DNA of 64,000 bases from assembly GCA_040954595.2 (NCBI GenBank), contig CM082591.2, positions 6,284,266 through 6,348,265 of the forward strand, given 5' to 3'. The DNA comes from Balanoglossus misakiensis. Taxonomy: Eukaryota > Animalia > Hemichordata. How positions within the stretch are numbered: the stretch's first letter is position 1; each line of letters starts with the position of its first letter. A program made the translations under genes and the position numbers. Of this stretch, positions 61,644 to 64,000 are shown piece after piece. The notes beneath the pieces are model-generated. The model did not search any database, was not told the DNA's origin, and was given only the letters and a program-made list of their open reading frames with translations.

Positions 61644-62456
61644 ATGTGGCCCACGTCGGATTCACCCTGGAAATTCAAGGTAGCTGTGCCTTTCATCGTC
61701 TGCCTTGCCTTCTTTGGAATCGTTAACTTCGTACACTTCGCAACACAGAGACATTGGGAGCCGAAACCACCGGTGGACCGGCAGAACTGCCGATGTCCGT
61801 GTTGGGACACGGTCTTCAAGGGAAGTTATGAACATCCACCGTCACGCTACAAACACGTGTACTTCAACGTCACAATGCAGACTTTCAAAATGTGGTTGCT
61901 GACTGTGTTCGCCATCTTGGTTACACACGAAGTCATCCGCTACGTTGTCCGGGTTCTGTGGTCAGGACGTTTTCGGGCCTCCATGTTGGTTTTATTGCTG
62001 AGCACGGTTCACAGCCATTACTTTTCTTGGTGGGTGTTTTGGGGATACATGAACGACGAGTTTTACTCACAATGGAACCACCAAATGATGTTTACTTTGA
62101 CAGAGGGAATCTCAACAGCTTTGGCGTTACATCTCTTGGATGGTGACGTCACCGTAAAGTCGCAACACTTGCTAACAATGTTGTCCATCGCCATTTTACA
62201 CCTTCTGGCCAGTGGAGTGGACCAGTTGATAGCCAATGTAGTCCTCCGCGAAGGACAGTATCATCAAGTAGTTCGCGATCTTTGCCTTTTCGCAGGGGAT
62301 TTTCTATATTTTACAATTTCGATAGCATATTTATATTTCTACATGACCGACAACAGATTGTCCCTTGCTAAGTATTTGTCTGAGCACAAAAAAGAGTTAT
62401 TAATGTCGTTTGCTTTCATTTCATTGATGTTTTTGATGTCAACCTACGTACTTTAG
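61644..62456 (+). CDS. Uncharacterised multi-pass membrane protein, copy 2 (270 aa), recent tandem duplicate
   Basis: Highly similar to copy 1, including flanks (unit ~1.38 kb). The ORF is intact but the upstream splice-acceptor AGs are mutated. Confidence 0.8.
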   Translation: MWPTSDSPWKFKVAVPFIVCLAFFGIVNFVHFATQRHWEPKPPVDRQNCRCPCWDTVFKGSYEHPPSRYKHVYFNVTMQTFKMWLLTVFAILVTHEVIRYVVRVLWSGRFRASMLVLLLSTVHSHYFSWWVFWGYMNDEFYSQWNHQMMFTLTEGISTALALHLLDGDVTVKSQHLLTMLSIAILHLLASGVDQLIANVVLREGQYHQVVRDLCLFAGDFLYFTISIAYLYFYMTDNRLSLAKYLSEHKKELLMSFAFISLMFLMSTYVL

Positions 62457-64000
62457 AGTGCCATCTAATTTCTCATACAGTCCACTACATCGATATCGGT
62501 GCTCATTCATTCATGGCGCAACTGCACTGTTCAGGCGCCATTACTGTACCAACGACCTGCAGAAGTTGTCTTGATACGAATTCTGGACCATGTTCTTACT
62601 GTATCCAAACTCTGCACATATCATACAACGGTTCTCGCCGTGTTGCAGAAAATGCAGTTCTATTTTGAAAACATTTTCCTGTAATTCCAAAGCAATAATG
62701 GAAAAGTAGCTCATTCACTTTTGGTTTCCCTTATTTAAAAAAACACCGTTTACACTTCCTCAAAAGAAGACCTCGCAAACCTTTTAAATTTATAGAAAAT
62801 TACTTGCTTTGGTAAATTGGAAGTATGCATGTATCTCAGTCAGGAAAGCGTATTTGTTATATTTATTTTTCATACCTCCAATGTATTTTTACTGTAGACG
62901 GCTCGGCAAAATTTAAATGAGTAAAACCCAAAATAAACGAGCGCGTGTAAGATATCACTTATTTGATACAAGTACTTTTTGTACCCGCAGAATATTTCAG
63001 ACCAATATGTGTAGTGAATTTTTCTCTAAGCAAAAGAGGCTGTCCCAGGAAAGAGTGAATGCTATTTGAGAACAAGGAAGACCACGTCGATTGATTCATC
63101 ATAGTTTTCATGTACAACCCAATGCTTATGGCAAAGCCCGAAGATTGATGTAGCTACAGCATCAACCCAGTGTCACAAACAGGCAGAATGCAATGTCTAA
63201 TGTGTTTCACTACAGGACAGGTAACGGTAACTGCTGCGTACTGGGTTAAATTCTGACCTGCTGCCCGCATGCCAAATTGTTCTGTCGCCATGCAGTGAGT
63301 AAATTTATTACTTTTTATGGCGAGTGTCGTGTACGGGCTCAGCTTGGTTACCAAGAAATGCATTCACCTTGTACACCTACAGGCCAATAAATATACATTG
63401 TTCTGTGATAGGTTACATGCCGGTTCTTTTTTTAATGTAGAGTTAACCTAAAAATAGGTCGATATAATAAACAGAGGAAAAGTCCGAAGGATTTTAAAAA
63501 ACCTTGACATGAAACAATAAAATGTAAATAAGCTCCCTTCTATGTATATACATGTACGTGTTCACGTCAGTGTCGGGCTATTGCCGAGTTTCATACAATG
63601 CACACTTTCTTACTGTGTTACACATAGTTTTATAAGTCTCGAAATTTCAAGTGTCCTTTTTGACAACAGAGTTTTATAGGAAATTTTGATTGGACGACAA
63701 TTGCGCGCGTTTTGAATATATATTTAAATTTTAGGGCTTTGCTGTGAACAAGCGAAGGGTCAACGCCCGGGTCAACGTAATGTCTGGAGCGTACACATTG
63801 AGCTACCTCGATTGACCAATCACAAGTGCTGTGGTCTTCCTGTTTCAGGTGTGTAGAAAGTAATTGACCAATCAGAGTTGTCGGATTGTGCCACTTGTTT
63901 TTTTAGCCGAGACGCAGACACTCTAATTTAAATACATATTGAAAACGCGCGTTCATTTCCAGACGATTCGCACCTGTTGTACAGAGATTGAGACTCAGGT

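Overview
Eukaryotic (animal) genomic DNA: AT-rich, with spliceosomal introns, microsatellites and many non-autonomous DNA transposons. Gene content suggests an invertebrate deuterostome such as a hemichordate (inference only). Most ORFs in the six-frame track are artefacts or single exons, so genes were rebuilt by hand from splice sites and reading-frame phase. In order: (1) a 4.06-kb non-autonomous tyrosine-recombinase (Ngaro/PAT-type, split-direct-repeat) retroelement at 305-4361, carrying an apparently spliced, disrupted gag with a CCHC knuckle and a ~1.9-kb hairpin tandem array inside the putative intron; (2) two TMEM86/YhhN lysoplasmalogenase genes flanking two tandem 3-exon orphan secreted-protein genes; (3) a 9-exon type II membrane mosaic protein (four unnamed Cys/beta repeats, PAN/apple, hevein-like); (4) two paralogous orphan multi-pass membrane genes; (5) GATD1; (6) a TIR-CARD adaptor gene; (7) a 20-21-exon type II Ca2+/H+ exchanger (cax1/VNX1-like) with a U12-type intron and one or two GC-AG introns; (8) two tandem uncharacterised membrane-protein genes. 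No rRNA, tRNA or true CRISPR was seen.
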